Shown piece after piece: positions 1 through 9,204 of a DNA stretch of 64,000 bases. This stretch comes from a virus, in the IMG/VR virus record IMGVR_UViG_3300009695_000004, positions 1 to 64,000 of that record; one strand, 5' to 3'. The position numbers and the translations under genes were made by a program. Within the stretch, counting starts at the first letter, position 1; each line of letters starts with the position of its first letter. Below the pieces are notes generated by a model. It did not search any database. It had not been told where the DNA came from and worked only from the letters and a program-made list of their open reading frames with translations.

Positions 1-123
1 ATCACCCTCGTATGTTCCAACTTCATTATTACATGTGCTACCAATAGGAATTAATGCACCACAATATTCACATCTGTGTAATTTCCTAGTTTTCTTTATT
101 TTTTTACTTTCCCAAAAACTCAT
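1..123 (-). CDS. hypothetical Zn-ribbon protein, N-terminal part (ORF runs off window start)
   Basis: ATG at 123-121 with AGGAGG 11 nt upstream. Reads MSFWESKKIKKTRKLHRCEYCGALIPIGSTCNNEVGTYEGD, open to position 1. Absent from the ORF track because it is open-ended. Confidence 0.45.
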   Translation of the reverse strand, partial: MSFWESKKIKKTRKLHRCEYCGALIPIGSTCNNEVGTYEGD

Positions 124-141
124 AATTACTTATACCTCCTT

Positions 142-160
142 CGCCCTATAATCAAATTGT
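142..160 (-). promoter_or_regulatory. degenerate copy of phage promoter-like motif
   Basis: Sense strand reads ACAATTTGATTATAGGGCG. It ends 18 nt before the ATG at 123, the same spacing as the strong copies. Confidence 0.3.
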
Positions 161-194
161 TCATCAACTCGACATATAAAAGCTAACATTTATT

Positions 195-743
195 CTATGA
201 TTTTATGTACCATCGACCTTCTAGAATCTCTTTTGAAGATACTACATTACCCTCGTTATCCTTAATCTGTTTCCAAAGATTTATGTTTGGAATGTATTCA
301 TATGTAATTTCATTACAATTACTGTATATAATTTCACCATTCTCATATGCTTGTATTGCTTCTAAAAATGGGATTTCCTTATCTTTTTCTCTAATTGTAA
401 ATGGTGACATGGTCAATATGTTCTCCATAAGAATTTCATTAACTACATATTCAATACCATCTTTATCCAATATAAATTCATTAAGTTGAAGTTGTCCACT
501 TTCAATCATTGCTACAATTTGAGAACCTTTATATGCTGGGATAACTTCTACCTCTGAAGCTACTTCATCTTTAAAAGCACCCATTACAGATTCCTCAATG
601 CATACATCGCAACTTACCGTACAATTAGTTGTTAATCCCCAATATTTAGGACAATCCTTACTGTCTTGCAGAAACTTAATCATTTCATCTTTATCCATAC
701 CTTTCGTTACCTCTTGAAATTCTTTAGTACCAATAACTTTCAT
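195..743 (-). CDS. hypothetical protein (182 aa)
   Basis: ORF track. GAGGAGG lies 9 nt upstream of the ATG. Contains the Cys cluster CPKYWGLTTNCTVSCDVC. Confidence 0.6.
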   Translation of the reverse strand: MKVIGTKEFQEVTKGMDKDEMIKFLQDSKDCPKYWGLTTNCTVSCDVCIEESVMGAFKDEVASEVEVIPAYKGSQIVAMIESGQLQLNEFILDKDGIEYVVNEILMENILTMSPFTIREKDKEIPFLEAIQAYENGEIIYSNCNEITYEYIPNINLWKQIKDNEGNVVSSKEILEGRWYIKS

Positions 744-996
744 AACTATATTCCTCCTCTATTTCATAAATTTCAACTTCGTCCTCATCTTCATAACTTC
801 CCCAATATGTGAATCCATCCCAACTACTTGTATAAGCTAGAACAAGTCCTTGACCCCAATAAATATGAGATCCATCACAATCTATAAATCCTCCTTTTCT
901 TACAATGGCCTCAACTCGTCCATCTTCATCACAGAATAGAACCTTAACCCCTTCCATTTTTAATAAATCTTCTTTGAATAATCGTTTTCTTTTCAT
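724..996 (-). CDS. hypothetical protein (90 aa)
   Basis: ORF track. AAGGAGG lies 7 nt upstream of the ATG at 996. Confidence 0.55.
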   Translation of the reverse strand: MKRKRLFKEDLLKMEGVKVLFCDEDGRVEAIVRKGGFIDCDGSHIYWGQGLVLAYTSSWDGFTYWGSYEDEDEVEIYEIEEEYSYESYWY

Positions 997-1028
997 TCCT
1001 CTACCTCCTTAACTTATTTTATATTCTA

Positions 1029-1057
1029 ATTGTAACTTATTACTTTTGATTTGTCAA
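1029..1057 (-). promoter_or_regulatory. sigma-A-like promoter containing the phage motif in its spacer
   Basis: Sense strand is TTGACA, then the 17-nt spacer AATCAAAAGTAATAAGT, then TACAAT. The motif copy is ACAAATCAAAAGTAATAAG. Confidence 0.55.
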
Positions 1058-1081
1058 CAACCTAACGTAAATTCTTTTTCA

Positions 1082-1173
1082 ATTAATATCAATTAATAAA
1101 AATATTAATTCAATAGTTGTATTTTCACCGAAATAATCATATACTATTAATATAAATATTAATTGATATTAAT
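1082..1173. promoter_or_regulatory. parC-like centromere: two arrays of three ATTAAT boxes flanking the par promoter
   Basis: ATTAAT occurs at 1082, 1092 and 1104, and again at 1146, 1158 and 1168, with 10-12 bp phasing. The boxes bracket the TTGTAT-17-TATACT promoter immediately upstream of the ParM-like gene. Confidence 0.55.
1117..1145 (+). promoter_or_regulatory. par operon promoter (sigma-A-like)
   Basis: TTGTAT at 1117-1122, a 17-nt spacer, and TATACT at 1140-1145, about 40 nt upstream of the ParM ATG. Confidence 0.5.
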
Positions 1174-1186
1174 TGGAGGTCTTATT

Positions 1187-2140
1187 ATGAGCAATTTAGA
1201 ACCTATTAAAACCAAACAACCCGTCATCGTTGGTATAGACAATGGATTCTACGGAACTAAGATATATTGTAAAGGTCAAACTATTTATCTACGCAGCCGT
1301 TATGAGCAATCAAATGATACTGTAAATAAGCGAAATACCTATCATTTAGAGCTGAATGGAAAAGACTATATAGTTGGTGAGGGTGCTGGTATAAGTAGCT
1401 TAGATGCAGATAAAACATCAAATGAACTGTATAAAATTATTACTTATGCCGGATTATCAATGCTTTCTAATTACTTAGGTGAATACTTCTATCTCGTTGG
1501 ATCATATCCTTTAAATATCTATAATCAGAATAAAGAACAATTTGCTAATTACTTAAAAGGTGAAGGATTCTTTCAAACTAAACTAGATGGAGAAGATAAA
1601 ACTTTTACTATAATGGATGCTATGACTTTTCCACAAGGAATATCTCATGCTTACAATAATCTAAAACTATTTGATAAGCAAGTTAGAGGAGTATTGGACT
1701 TTGGAGGGCTTACAATTAATTGTGTTATTCTTGATGATCTTAATATTATTCCTGGAACTCCTTTTACCGAAAACTTAGGAAGTATAATTTTATATAATGA
1801 TATTAAGAAAAACCTAGATAAACGATTCAATCAAAATATTCAGCCTTATGAAGTCCCTACTATTATAAAGTCTGGCTTAAAGATTAATGGTAGATTAGAG
1901 CAAGAATCTATATCAATTATTAAATCTACAATTACAGAACATATCTTAAAAATTAAGAAAGCAATGAAGGCTAATAATTGGAATGTAGATTCCTTAGAAT
2001 TATTTATAACTGGCGGAAGCTCCTTAGATTTCCATGATGAATTATTATCAATATTCCCACAAGCAATATTCTCTACCGATCCTGTTAACGATGGTGCAAA
2101 AGGATTGCATAGAATAGGTGAGTTAATGTATAATAATTAA
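1187..2140 (+). CDS. parM: actin-like plasmid segregation ATPase (ParM/StbA family)
   Basis: Actin-fold motifs VGIDNGFYGTKI (phosphate 1), LDFGGLTINCVI (phosphate 2) and FITGGSS (adenosine). The ATG at 1187 follows GGAGG at 1175-1179. The track start at 1163 (TTG) is less likely. Confidence 0.75.
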   Translation: MSNLEPIKTKQPVIVGIDNGFYGTKIYCKGQTIYLRSRYEQSNDTVNKRNTYHLELNGKDYIVGEGAGISSLDADKTSNELYKIITYAGLSMLSNYLGEYFYLVGSYPLNIYNQNKEQFANYLKGEGFFQTKLDGEDKTFTIMDAMTFPQGISHAYNNLKLFDKQVRGVLDFGGLTINCVILDDLNIIPGTPFTENLGSIILYNDIKKNLDKRFNQNIQPYEVPTIIKSGLKINGRLEQESISIIKSTITEHILKIKKAMKANNWNVDSLELFITGGSSLDFHDELLSIFPQAIFSTDPVNDGAKGLHRIGELMYNN

Positions 2141-2146
2141 TAGGTG

Positions 2147-2434
2147 ATGCAAATGAGAAATAAAAGTAATTCTAATTCTAAAAAGATTTTTGATTTAACA
2201 TTATATCCTGATGTTCAAGAGTATTTAGAGAGGCAACCTAATATGACTAAGTACATTGTTGAACTTATACGCAAAGACATGAATAATGCAGAGACTATCG
2301 ACAAGGAAAATATATTTAAAATCATTGAAGAATACTTACAACTTAAAGGTATTAATCCTAGTGAAGTTAAACAAGAAGATATAGATAATGATAAACTTAA
2401 AACTGCTGCATTAAAAATTATGGGTAAAGGTTAA
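2147..2434 (+). CDS. ParR-like ribbon-helix-helix centromere-binding adaptor
   Basis: Small basic protein directly downstream of parM. The segment KKIFDLTLYPDVQEYLERQPNMTKYIVELIRKDM looks like a CopG/RHH fold. The start is ambiguous between GTG 2144, ATG 2147 and ATG 2153. Confidence 0.5.
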   Translation: MQMRNKSNSNSKKIFDLTLYPDVQEYLERQPNMTKYIVELIRKDMNNAETIDKENIFKIIEEYLQLKGINPSEVKQEDIDNDKLKTAALKIMGKG

Positions 2435-2461
2435 GAGAGTAAATTAATACTCTCTTTTTTA
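2434..2461. terminator. rho-independent terminator between convergent genes
   Basis: Stem AGAGAGTA (2434-2441) pairs with TACTCTCT (2448-2455), loop AATTAA, followed by a T-run to 2460. Confidence 0.65.
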
Positions 2462-3040
2462 TATACTTTTATAGAACCAATGATTGTCTATCCTTTTTAC
2501 AAACTTAACATTCTTTATCCACGAAGGCTTAACTATATTTAAATCTACAAAATAAGTCGCATCTCCTACAGGCTTACTTCCGGCCAGAGCATCTTTGGCA
2601 GCTTGCATACATTCCTCTGAAGGTTCTTGATTAAATAGATTTCCATTGATGCCAGAGAATTGACTTTTAGCATAGATTATATCTTCCATTGTGGCATTAC
2701 TATCTTCCATTCTATTAAGTACCACGGAAGCTACAGCTACTTTGTTAGTATACGATTCTGATAATGCTTCAGACTGTACTAGTTTTGCAAGTAGAACTGT
2801 ACTAGTTTTCATATTATCCTCTGTACTAGTAATTTCACCTCCTCTACTGAGCACTTTATCGCTTTTTAAAACAACTGTTTTATTAGGTATAGTAGTGGGT
2901 GTTTCTTCTATTTCGGGCATAATTCCAACTGTTTTTGGTTCATTTATAGTAGTTATTGGTTGTACATTTATCGGTCTGTACGAGTTAGTTTGAGAAATAC
3001 TAACTATAACCAATATTATTACAACCAACATCTTCTTCAT
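2459..3040 (-). CDS. cell wall hydrolase, SleB/CwlJ (Hydrolase_2) family with N-terminal signal/TM segment
   Basis: N-terminus MKKMLVVIILVIVSI is hydrophobic. The C-terminal half (LLAKLVQSEA..VAVASVVLNRMED..AKSQFSG..ATYF) is typical of SleB-type hydrolases. Confidence 0.7.
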   Translation of the reverse strand: MKKMLVVIILVIVSISQTNSYRPINVQPITTINEPKTVGIMPEIEETPTTIPNKTVVLKSDKVLSRGGEITSTEDNMKTSTVLLAKLVQSEALSESYTNKVAVASVVLNRMEDSNATMEDIIYAKSQFSGINGNLFNQEPSEECMQAAKDALAGSKPVGDATYFVDLNIVKPSWIKNVKFVKRIDNHWFYKSI

Positions 3041-3054
3041 TACGTCACTTCCTT

Positions 3055-3073
3055 TATATTACTTTTGATTTGT
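3055..3073 (-). promoter_or_regulatory. phage promoter-like motif
   Basis: Sense strand ACAAATCAAAAGTAATATA. It ends 14 nt before the ATG at 3040. Confidence 0.5.
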
Positions 3074-3879
3074 TATATAATAGGATTCATACAGGCTTCT
3101 CTAAAAGTACATAGATGCTTACAAAAGAATCCGGTATAAGGATTATATCCCATAGGCCACTTTTCAATATTATCTTTATCTGTTATAGAGATTTCAATAA
3201 ATGTATCCATTATATAGTTTTCTAAATCTTCTTTTGCAATTTTATCATACTTTATTTCTATCAATCCCTCTTCATAAGCATCAAGTAAGTTAAGTTTATT
3301 TCTTTCAACTACTGTACCTTTTCTCTTTGCATACTTCAGCATATTAAAATATATCTTAATAGGAATATCTGGATATTGTTTTTCAAGTGCGTATGCATAT
3401 AATACTAATTGTCTTTGTTTGTGCAACATATCTTTAGCACTATACTTACTACTTGTCTTTAAATCGATAATATGAAGTTCTCCATTTAATAAATAAGATA
3501 AATCAATATATCCTCTAACTGTTACTCCCTTTATATCTACTTCAAAATATTGTTCTATCTTTATATTATCTCCTGTCGTTGGTGTAAAGTTTTCAAAGAA
3601 GTGAGTAATACATTCTGTGTAATTACTTTTTACTTTATCGCTTATCCATATAAATCCTAAGATATCAGCAAGTTCTATTGAATCATTAAATTTTTCTAAT
3701 GCACCCATATTTGTTTCTTTACCTTCAATAATACCTTGAGTTAATTCATGACATACAGTTCCTAAATAAGAGTAGATATTATCTCCCCCTCTATTTTTCA
3801 GAACATATGTATTATAGTAACTTCTTTTACAATTATGAAAACTTTCTAGTCTGCTAAAAGAGTATTTTTCCTCACTCAT
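3073..3879 (-). CDS. PD-(D/E)XK exonuclease, Cas4/RecB-like with C-terminal Cys cluster
   Basis: Motifs GTVCHE, GYIDLSY..IIDLKTS and QLVLYAYAL. One N-terminal Cys (C17) plus C-terminal CKHLCTFREAC fits a Cas4/AddB-type Fe-S arrangement. Confidence 0.65.
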   Translation of the reverse strand: MSEEKYSFSRLESFHNCKRSYYNTYVLKNRGGDNIYSYLGTVCHELTQGIIEGKETNMGALEKFNDSIELADILGFIWISDKVKSNYTECITHFFENFTPTTGDNIKIEQYFEVDIKGVTVRGYIDLSYLLNGELHIIDLKTSSKYSAKDMLHKQRQLVLYAYALEKQYPDIPIKIYFNMLKYAKRKGTVVERNKLNLLDAYEEGLIEIKYDKIAKEDLENYIMDTFIEISITDKDNIEKWPMGYNPYTGFFCKHLCTFREACMNPII

Positions 3880-6800
3880 ATATTTCCTCCTTGAATTCGT
3901 ATGTGATCACTCTGAATTTATTCAGCCAATATTCAACTGATCCTTCAATGTCTCTATATATTCGCTTTCCTGTTTCTGGATTTATTTCTCCTGTAAATGT
4001 TTGTTGTGGCTTAGAATCTACTTTTTCTAAATATAGAAAATCTCCTAATTCAAATTCGTTTTTATTAAATTTAGTTGTCCACATTTTAAGGTTTTCACTT
4101 TTACCATCTTTTATTTTATAGAGAGTAATGTTCGTGATTGACTTTAAGACTTCTAATTCTGAAACATAGAATATTTTATCTGAATAAGAAGAATCTATAT
4201 GTGTTATTATTCCTAGGATCTCCTTCTGATTTTTTATAGTTTCATATAAACTCAAAGGTGTATCTTTTATGTCTTTTATGATGTCTCTTAACAAATCCTC
4301 AACTCTTAATTTTGTTATTTTTTTAGCGGTTTCATTTCCATATTGTAAAAGGAATTCTAAAGTTAGTCCTAATCCAAGTGCTTTTTCTTTAAATATTTCC
4401 TTAGCATCTCTTAGTGTGTCATACCATTTTAAAACCTCTAATAGATAATTTATTCCTCCGAACTTCTTGAAATAGTTTAACTTAATGAGCTGAGTTACTA
4501 CAGTTCTATTAATCTTTCCTCCTTTTAGATCATCTAAGAAAATAATAAAATCTTTATAATCCTTCAAGCCCATTTCATACAAAGTAGAGGCAACTCCTTC
4601 TCCAAACCCCTTTATACTAGATAAGTTAGGATATATAACCTTACTTGCTTCATCTACATTTACTTTTCTATTATCTTTTTTAAATTCATAATCTCCTAAT
4701 CTATATCCGAAATGAATCATAGCTTCTTTTACAAGTGCATCAATCTTGTCTTTTTTATTCTTTGCTTGGTAATGGTTGATTGCTACCTCATAGAATTTTG
4801 CAGTATGGTGAGCCTTAAACCATGCTTCGTATGCACTATCCCCTCCCATTGACAAGGCATGTGGAGCATTAAATGAATACCTGGCCGAATCACTGAACAC
4901 TTGCCATACCTTTTCAAAATTATCTAAATTACCTATTTGCTTCAACCAATTAGTTTTTAATGTATTTTCTAGTTTTTCTAATTTCTCTCCTTTTAATTTC
5001 TTTTTACTTATAGCTTTTATTACACCATATGCATCAGCCATAGGAACTCCTAGAAAAGCAAGTATCTTCATTAAATTTTCTTGATATAGCATTAGGTGAA
5101 ATGTGTCTTCTAAAAGATCATCTATAACTGGTTCTCCAGTAGAATAAGGTTCTCTTGCTAAAAAATTTCCAAGAAGAGATTTGAAACCAGGACGAATTCC
5201 CGCTATAAAAGCAGAGCTTTGGGCTAAATTAATAGGTTTATATTGTTTTACTTTTTTTGTAGTAGACTCTTTTTCAACTTGATTAACGCAGCAAGTTATT
5301 CCTTTTGCATAAATATCCCATGTTGCTTTATCTCCATCTATCATTTCTCTTAGTTCATCAAAACTAGGAACTTCTTTTCCTATACTTTTAAATAATTCAT
5401 AAGTCAAATGAACACTATCTACTATAAGAAAATCATTTTTTACATATCCAAATTCATCTAAATATGCTCCATCTATATTGGCACATAACACAAACTTCCC
5501 TGTTGTTTCAGAAGTAGTTCTTATTATTCCAATTTTACGTCTAATGTCACCATCGAATATTAGATATCCACAAGGATGCGCTTTAGCATTGATAGTTATT
5601 CCCTGATACTCTAGACTTTGCATATAAGTTGACATATACTCTTCTGGAATAAAATCTTCAATTAATATAAATTCTTTATCTTCATCATCTGCATACTTCA
5701 TTTTTTCATCATATTTTGTAATGAATTTAGATATTTCATTTGCAGTTTCAGGAAGTACATCATTTGCTCCAGCGTATAATTGCCACGCTGCTTTCTTTTT
5801 TAACTTCTCTATTGAAACCAATGGATAGCAACCATGTTCTCCTATTAATTCTCTCGTTGCTTTTGCAAAAGGCTCTGCTGAAGAAATGTTCCAGTCAATA
5901 TCCGGCATTTGACCACTCAAAACCCTTTCTTTTGTCAAAAATCTTTCTGGATATATCGGTATTTCTGAATTAAATCTATCTATTGTAGTGAATCCTAACA
6001 ATTTATTCACTATAAATGAAGCAGAGCTTCCTCTTGATGTAGTAGTTAATATTCCTCCGTAGTTATCTACTGCGTTATGAACTATTTTATCATTGGTAAG
6101 AAAATAATCTACAACTCCACTATCTACAATTTGCTCAACTTCATAGATAATACCTTTAACTTTTTCACTACTTTTAAGTTTCTCTTTCTTATATCTTTCA
6201 TTAATTATCTTTTTAAATATTACCACTCTCTCTTCATATGTGGTATTTGGATATACACATGGTATTTTAAAACTCCTATCAAAAGTAGTTTCTTCACATT
6301 CATTGATAAAAACATTCGTATTCATCATAGCCATTAGTATTTCTGTATTATTTAGGACACCTTGCTCTTTAAACCTTTTAAATATCTCCTTTCCGTCTGG
6401 AAAATCAAGATACCATCCTTCTTCTTCAGCATAAGTCACGCCTTTATATTTCATAATCTGATCTCTTTTAATACTATTTTCCTGTTTAGAGAAATGAGAA
6501 TCTAATCCGCAGATTAATTGAATATTGTTTTTCTTTGCAATTTCTGATATTCGTTTATTTAATTCCTTTTGGGGAGGGGTATCGTGATTTTGTACCTCTA
6601 AAAAGAAGTTATTACCAAAATGTTTATGAATTTTTAGCCATATTTCTTCTGCATCTTCATACTTCCACCCTGCCACACAGGCTGAGCTAACTATAATATT
6701 CTCTTTAGGAATCTTTAAAAGCAAGTCTAAATCAATTCTTGCCTTGTAATAATATCCTTCCTCATTTGCTAGAGAAAGAGCAAAATTTATATCCTCTCGC

Positions 6801-7162
6801 CCTTCCTCGTTTTTCGCAATTAAGACTATATGACAATTAGTTCTATCCTTTTCAAATCTATCCTTAACCCAATATGCTTCAGTGGAGTGTCTGTATTTTA
6901 ACCCATTCTCTTCTGCTACTTTATAAGTCAAGAATACATTTCCTTGGCTGCCATGCTCACCCCCAAACAGGCACTTTCCGGAATACTCCTGAGTTTTCTT
7001 TGCATAATTCTCAATAGATTCTGCTGAATCAGGACTAAAAACATTCGAGTAATCTGTATGTTTATGATAGTTTTCACAGAGTAATTCTTCCAAATACTCT
7101 TCAGCACTGTATGGAAATTTAAAAGTAAGGGTAGGAATTATCTTTTTTATTAAATCTAGCAC
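3872..7162 (-). CDS. dnaE: DNA polymerase III alpha subunit (DnaE-type, PHP domain)
   Basis: PHP-domain motifs HKHTDYSN and GGEHG. Core motifs RGSSASFIVNKLLGFTTIDR, ERFLTKERVLSGQMPDIDWNIS and FNAPHALSMG. GTG start with AAGGAGG 7 nt upstream. Confidence 0.9.
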   Translation of the reverse strand: MLDLIKKIIPTLTFKFPYSAEEYLEELLCENYHKHTDYSNVFSPDSAESIENYAKKTQEYSGKCLFGGEHGSQGNVFLTYKVAEENGLKYRHSTEAYWVKDRFEKDRTNCHIVLIAKNEEGREDINFALSLANEEGYYYKARIDLDLLLKIPKENIIVSSACVAGWKYEDAEEIWLKIHKHFGNNFFLEVQNHDTPPQKELNKRISEIAKKNNIQLICGLDSHFSKQENSIKRDQIMKYKGVTYAEEEGWYLDFPDGKEIFKRFKEQGVLNNTEILMAMMNTNVFINECEETTFDRSFKIPCVYPNTTYEERVVIFKKIINERYKKEKLKSSEKVKGIIYEVEQIVDSGVVDYFLTNDKIVHNAVDNYGGILTTTSRGSSASFIVNKLLGFTTIDRFNSEIPIYPERFLTKERVLSGQMPDIDWNISSAEPFAKATRELIGEHGCYPLVSIEKLKKKAAWQLYAGANDVLPETANEISKFITKYDEKMKYADDEDKEFILIEDFIPEEYMSTYMQSLEYQGITINAKAHPCGYLIFDGDIRRKIGIIRTTSETTGKFVLCANIDGAYLDEFGYVKNDFLIVDSVHLTYELFKSIGKEVPSFDELREMIDGDKATWDIYAKGITCCVNQVEKESTTKKVKQYKPINLAQSSAFIAGIRPGFKSLLGNFLAREPYSTGEPVIDDLLEDTFHLMLYQENLMKILAFLGVPMADAYGVIKAISKKKLKGEKLEKLENTLKTNWLKQIGNLDNFEKVWQVFSDSARYSFNAPHALSMGGDSAYEAWFKAHHTAKFYEVAINHYQAKNKKDKIDALVKEAMIHFGYRLGDYEFKKDNRKVNVDEASKVIYPNLSSIKGFGEGVASTLYEMGLKDYKDFIIFLDDLKGGKINRTVVTQLIKLNYFKKFGGINYLLEVLKWYDTLRDAKEIFKEKALGLGLTLEFLLQYGNETAKKITKLRVEDLLRDIIKDIKDTPLSLYETIKNQKEILGIITHIDSSYSDKIFYVSELEVLKSITNITLYKIKDGKSENLKMWTTKFNKNEFELGDFLYLEKVDSKPQQTFTGEINPETGKRIYRDIEGSVEYWLNKFRVITYEFKEEIYE

Positions 7163-8175
7163 TCTTTTACCTCCTTAATATAATCATTTACTAATCTTAA
7201 AAACATGTCTTTACCCATATCCGAAGGAGAGTTTTTACTTCCTTTTTCTAATATTTCATTATTTTCATCATAGATATATCCTACTTTTATATTTCTGTGT
7301 CTCAGAAATTGTTGTGTTAATTTTACATTTTTAATACTAATTTCTTCTGGAAGTCCTTCATCTAAGCAATATATGATCTTCTTAGGATTAAGAGATATAA
7401 GTCTTTTTATTTGTCCAGATGATATTTCATTTCTGCCTAGAGAGACACATGTATTTATATAAACCGAATCAAGCTGCAAACAATGCTTTTCCGACTCTCC
7501 TATGTATAAGGCATCACAGTCTACTAAGTCTTTGTAGTTAGTAGAATACCCATATAGTGCGTTTAACTTAGGAAAAGGAATTACAGGAAGCCACCTTGGA
7601 ATACCTTCTTCTTCACCTATGTATCTACCCATAATCCCGATTAGTTCTCCAACATAATTTCTCCAAGGGATTGTTATTCTTTGAGTTAATGAATCCATTC
7701 CTATCTGAAATTTCTTCTGTGTGTCAAAACTTATTCCATCTTTTAGAAATCTCATATTGAATTTATTTAAAAAAGGAACAAGAATATCTTCGTTCAAAAC
7801 ATTACATTGGACTTCCTTATGATTATTTTTCTTTATATTCTTATAAACTCCTCCAAATACACTGTTTGTATTTTTCTTACTGAATGTAAAAGAATCTATT
7901 CCTAATTCACTCTTTATAATATTCAAAATATCAATTAGTTCTAGCTGCCTTTTCTTCATAAGGAATGAAAATAGATCACCATTTGTTCCATTCTTGAAGT
8001 CTTTACAGGAAATATTATCATCAAGTTTAATATTTATTGAAACTCCTTTTCCTTTGTCTGAGTTGCCACAAGAAATACTTGTTCTATGTTTTACTATTTT
8101 ATAAAATCCTAGAGTTTCTAATATGTTTTCTATATGTTCTGGATTACTTAATAAAAGCTCCTTTATTTCTTTCAT
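7156..8175 (-). CDS. Toprim-domain DNA primase-like protein
   Basis: Lies between the helicase and the polymerase. Toprim-like IGESEKHCLQL and YCLDEG acidic motifs. The N-terminal Zn-finger is not clear. Confidence 0.5.
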   Translation of the reverse strand: MKEIKELLLSNPEHIENILETLGFYKIVKHRTSISCGNSDKGKGVSINIKLDDNISCKDFKNGTNGDLFSFLMKKRQLELIDILNIIKSELGIDSFTFSKKNTNSVFGGVYKNIKKNNHKEVQCNVLNEDILVPFLNKFNMRFLKDGISFDTQKKFQIGMDSLTQRITIPWRNYVGELIGIMGRYIGEEEGIPRWLPVIPFPKLNALYGYSTNYKDLVDCDALYIGESEKHCLQLDSVYINTCVSLGRNEISSGQIKRLISLNPKKIIYCLDEGLPEEISIKNVKLTQQFLRHRNIKVGYIYDENNEILEKGSKNSPSDMGKDMFLRLVNDYIKEVKEC

Positions 8176-8198
8176 TTAAATACCTACTTTTGGTTATT

Positions 8199-9203
8199 TT
8201 AACCTGTCAAAATATCATCTAATTGTTGCTTCATTTTTTGTTTTTTAAATTCATAATATTGTTCAGGAGTATTATTACCATACTTATATATCAAATGAAA
8301 CTCTTTATGGATATCTTCTGATAAACATACTCCTAGTCCATATTTGTAATGCAATTTTAAGCATTCTTTATTTATCCTATGAATCTCCAACTCTGTATAA
8401 CAATTCATTTCACTATGTATAGGCAATACTAATTGGGCAATTGTTTCTTGCAATATATCACTAAACCCATAGAGATGATGTATGATGGTGCTATTTATTC
8501 CTGTAATATCACATTTATAATTATATTTTTTTAAACTATCTTGTTTCCAAACAGAGATTTTGGTTCTTAGATGTTCCGCAAGAGAACTTATACCACCTTT
8601 CCAATTGAAATTATTTTCTCCTTTATTTTCTAAATTAGCACATTTACTGCATCCATGCCCTCTGAATACACTATCCCATGTAGTTTCCCATTCATAATTA
8701 TCTATTTTACATTTGAATAAAAGCTTTTCTCTAGCATTTACATATCTTTTACTCAGTAGCTCTATATTTGGATTGATCTCTTTTAATTTTTGTTTAACTT
8801 CTTCGAGGCTCAATGTTATTGTATTCGCACAACTTGGGCATCCATGTCCACTTCTAAGATGGTCGTAAGTAGAAGACCATTTATATTCATCTTTCAAACA
8901 CTTACATAATAATTTATAATCAACTCCTTTATAAATAGTGTCCACTATTTCAATGTTGGGATTAATTTCAAACATATTTTCTTTAACTTGAGTAATATTA
9001 ATTTTGGGACGCCCTGCACATTTAGGACATCCTTTCCCTTTACTTAAATTAGAATAATTAGCATCCCATTCATATGCGTCTATCCTGCATTTACATTTTA
9101 ATTTTGTTGAGTTATTTATATATATTCCATTTAGAATTTCTATATTAGGACTGATAATCTCTATTCTTCTTTTGACTTCGTCTAATGTCAGTCTCTTTAA
9201 CAT
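8199..9203 (-). CDS. free-standing HNH-like homing endonuclease with three tandem Zn-ribbon modules
   Basis: Three repeats of about 70 aa end in GCPKCAG, GCPSCAN and GCSKCAN. C-terminal IHHLYGF...IHKEFH is HNH-like. The ATG at 9203 sits 2 nt after the helicase stop with AGGTG upstream; the track start is GTG 9212. Confidence 0.55.
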   Translation of the reverse strand: MLKRLTLDEVKRRIEIISPNIEILNGIYINNSTKLKCKCRIDAYEWDANYSNLSKGKGCPKCAGRPKINITQVKENMFEINPNIEIVDTIYKGVDYKLLCKCLKDEYKWSSTYDHLRSGHGCPSCANTITLSLEEVKQKLKEINPNIELLSKRYVNAREKLLFKCKIDNYEWETTWDSVFRGHGCSKCANLENKGENNFNWKGGISSLAEHLRTKISVWKQDSLKKYNYKCDITGINSTIIHHLYGFSDILQETIAQLVLPIHSEMNCYTELEIHRINKECLKLHYKYGLGVCLSEDIHKEFHLIYKYGNNTPEQYYEFKKQKMKQQLDDILTG

Positions 9204-9204
9204 T

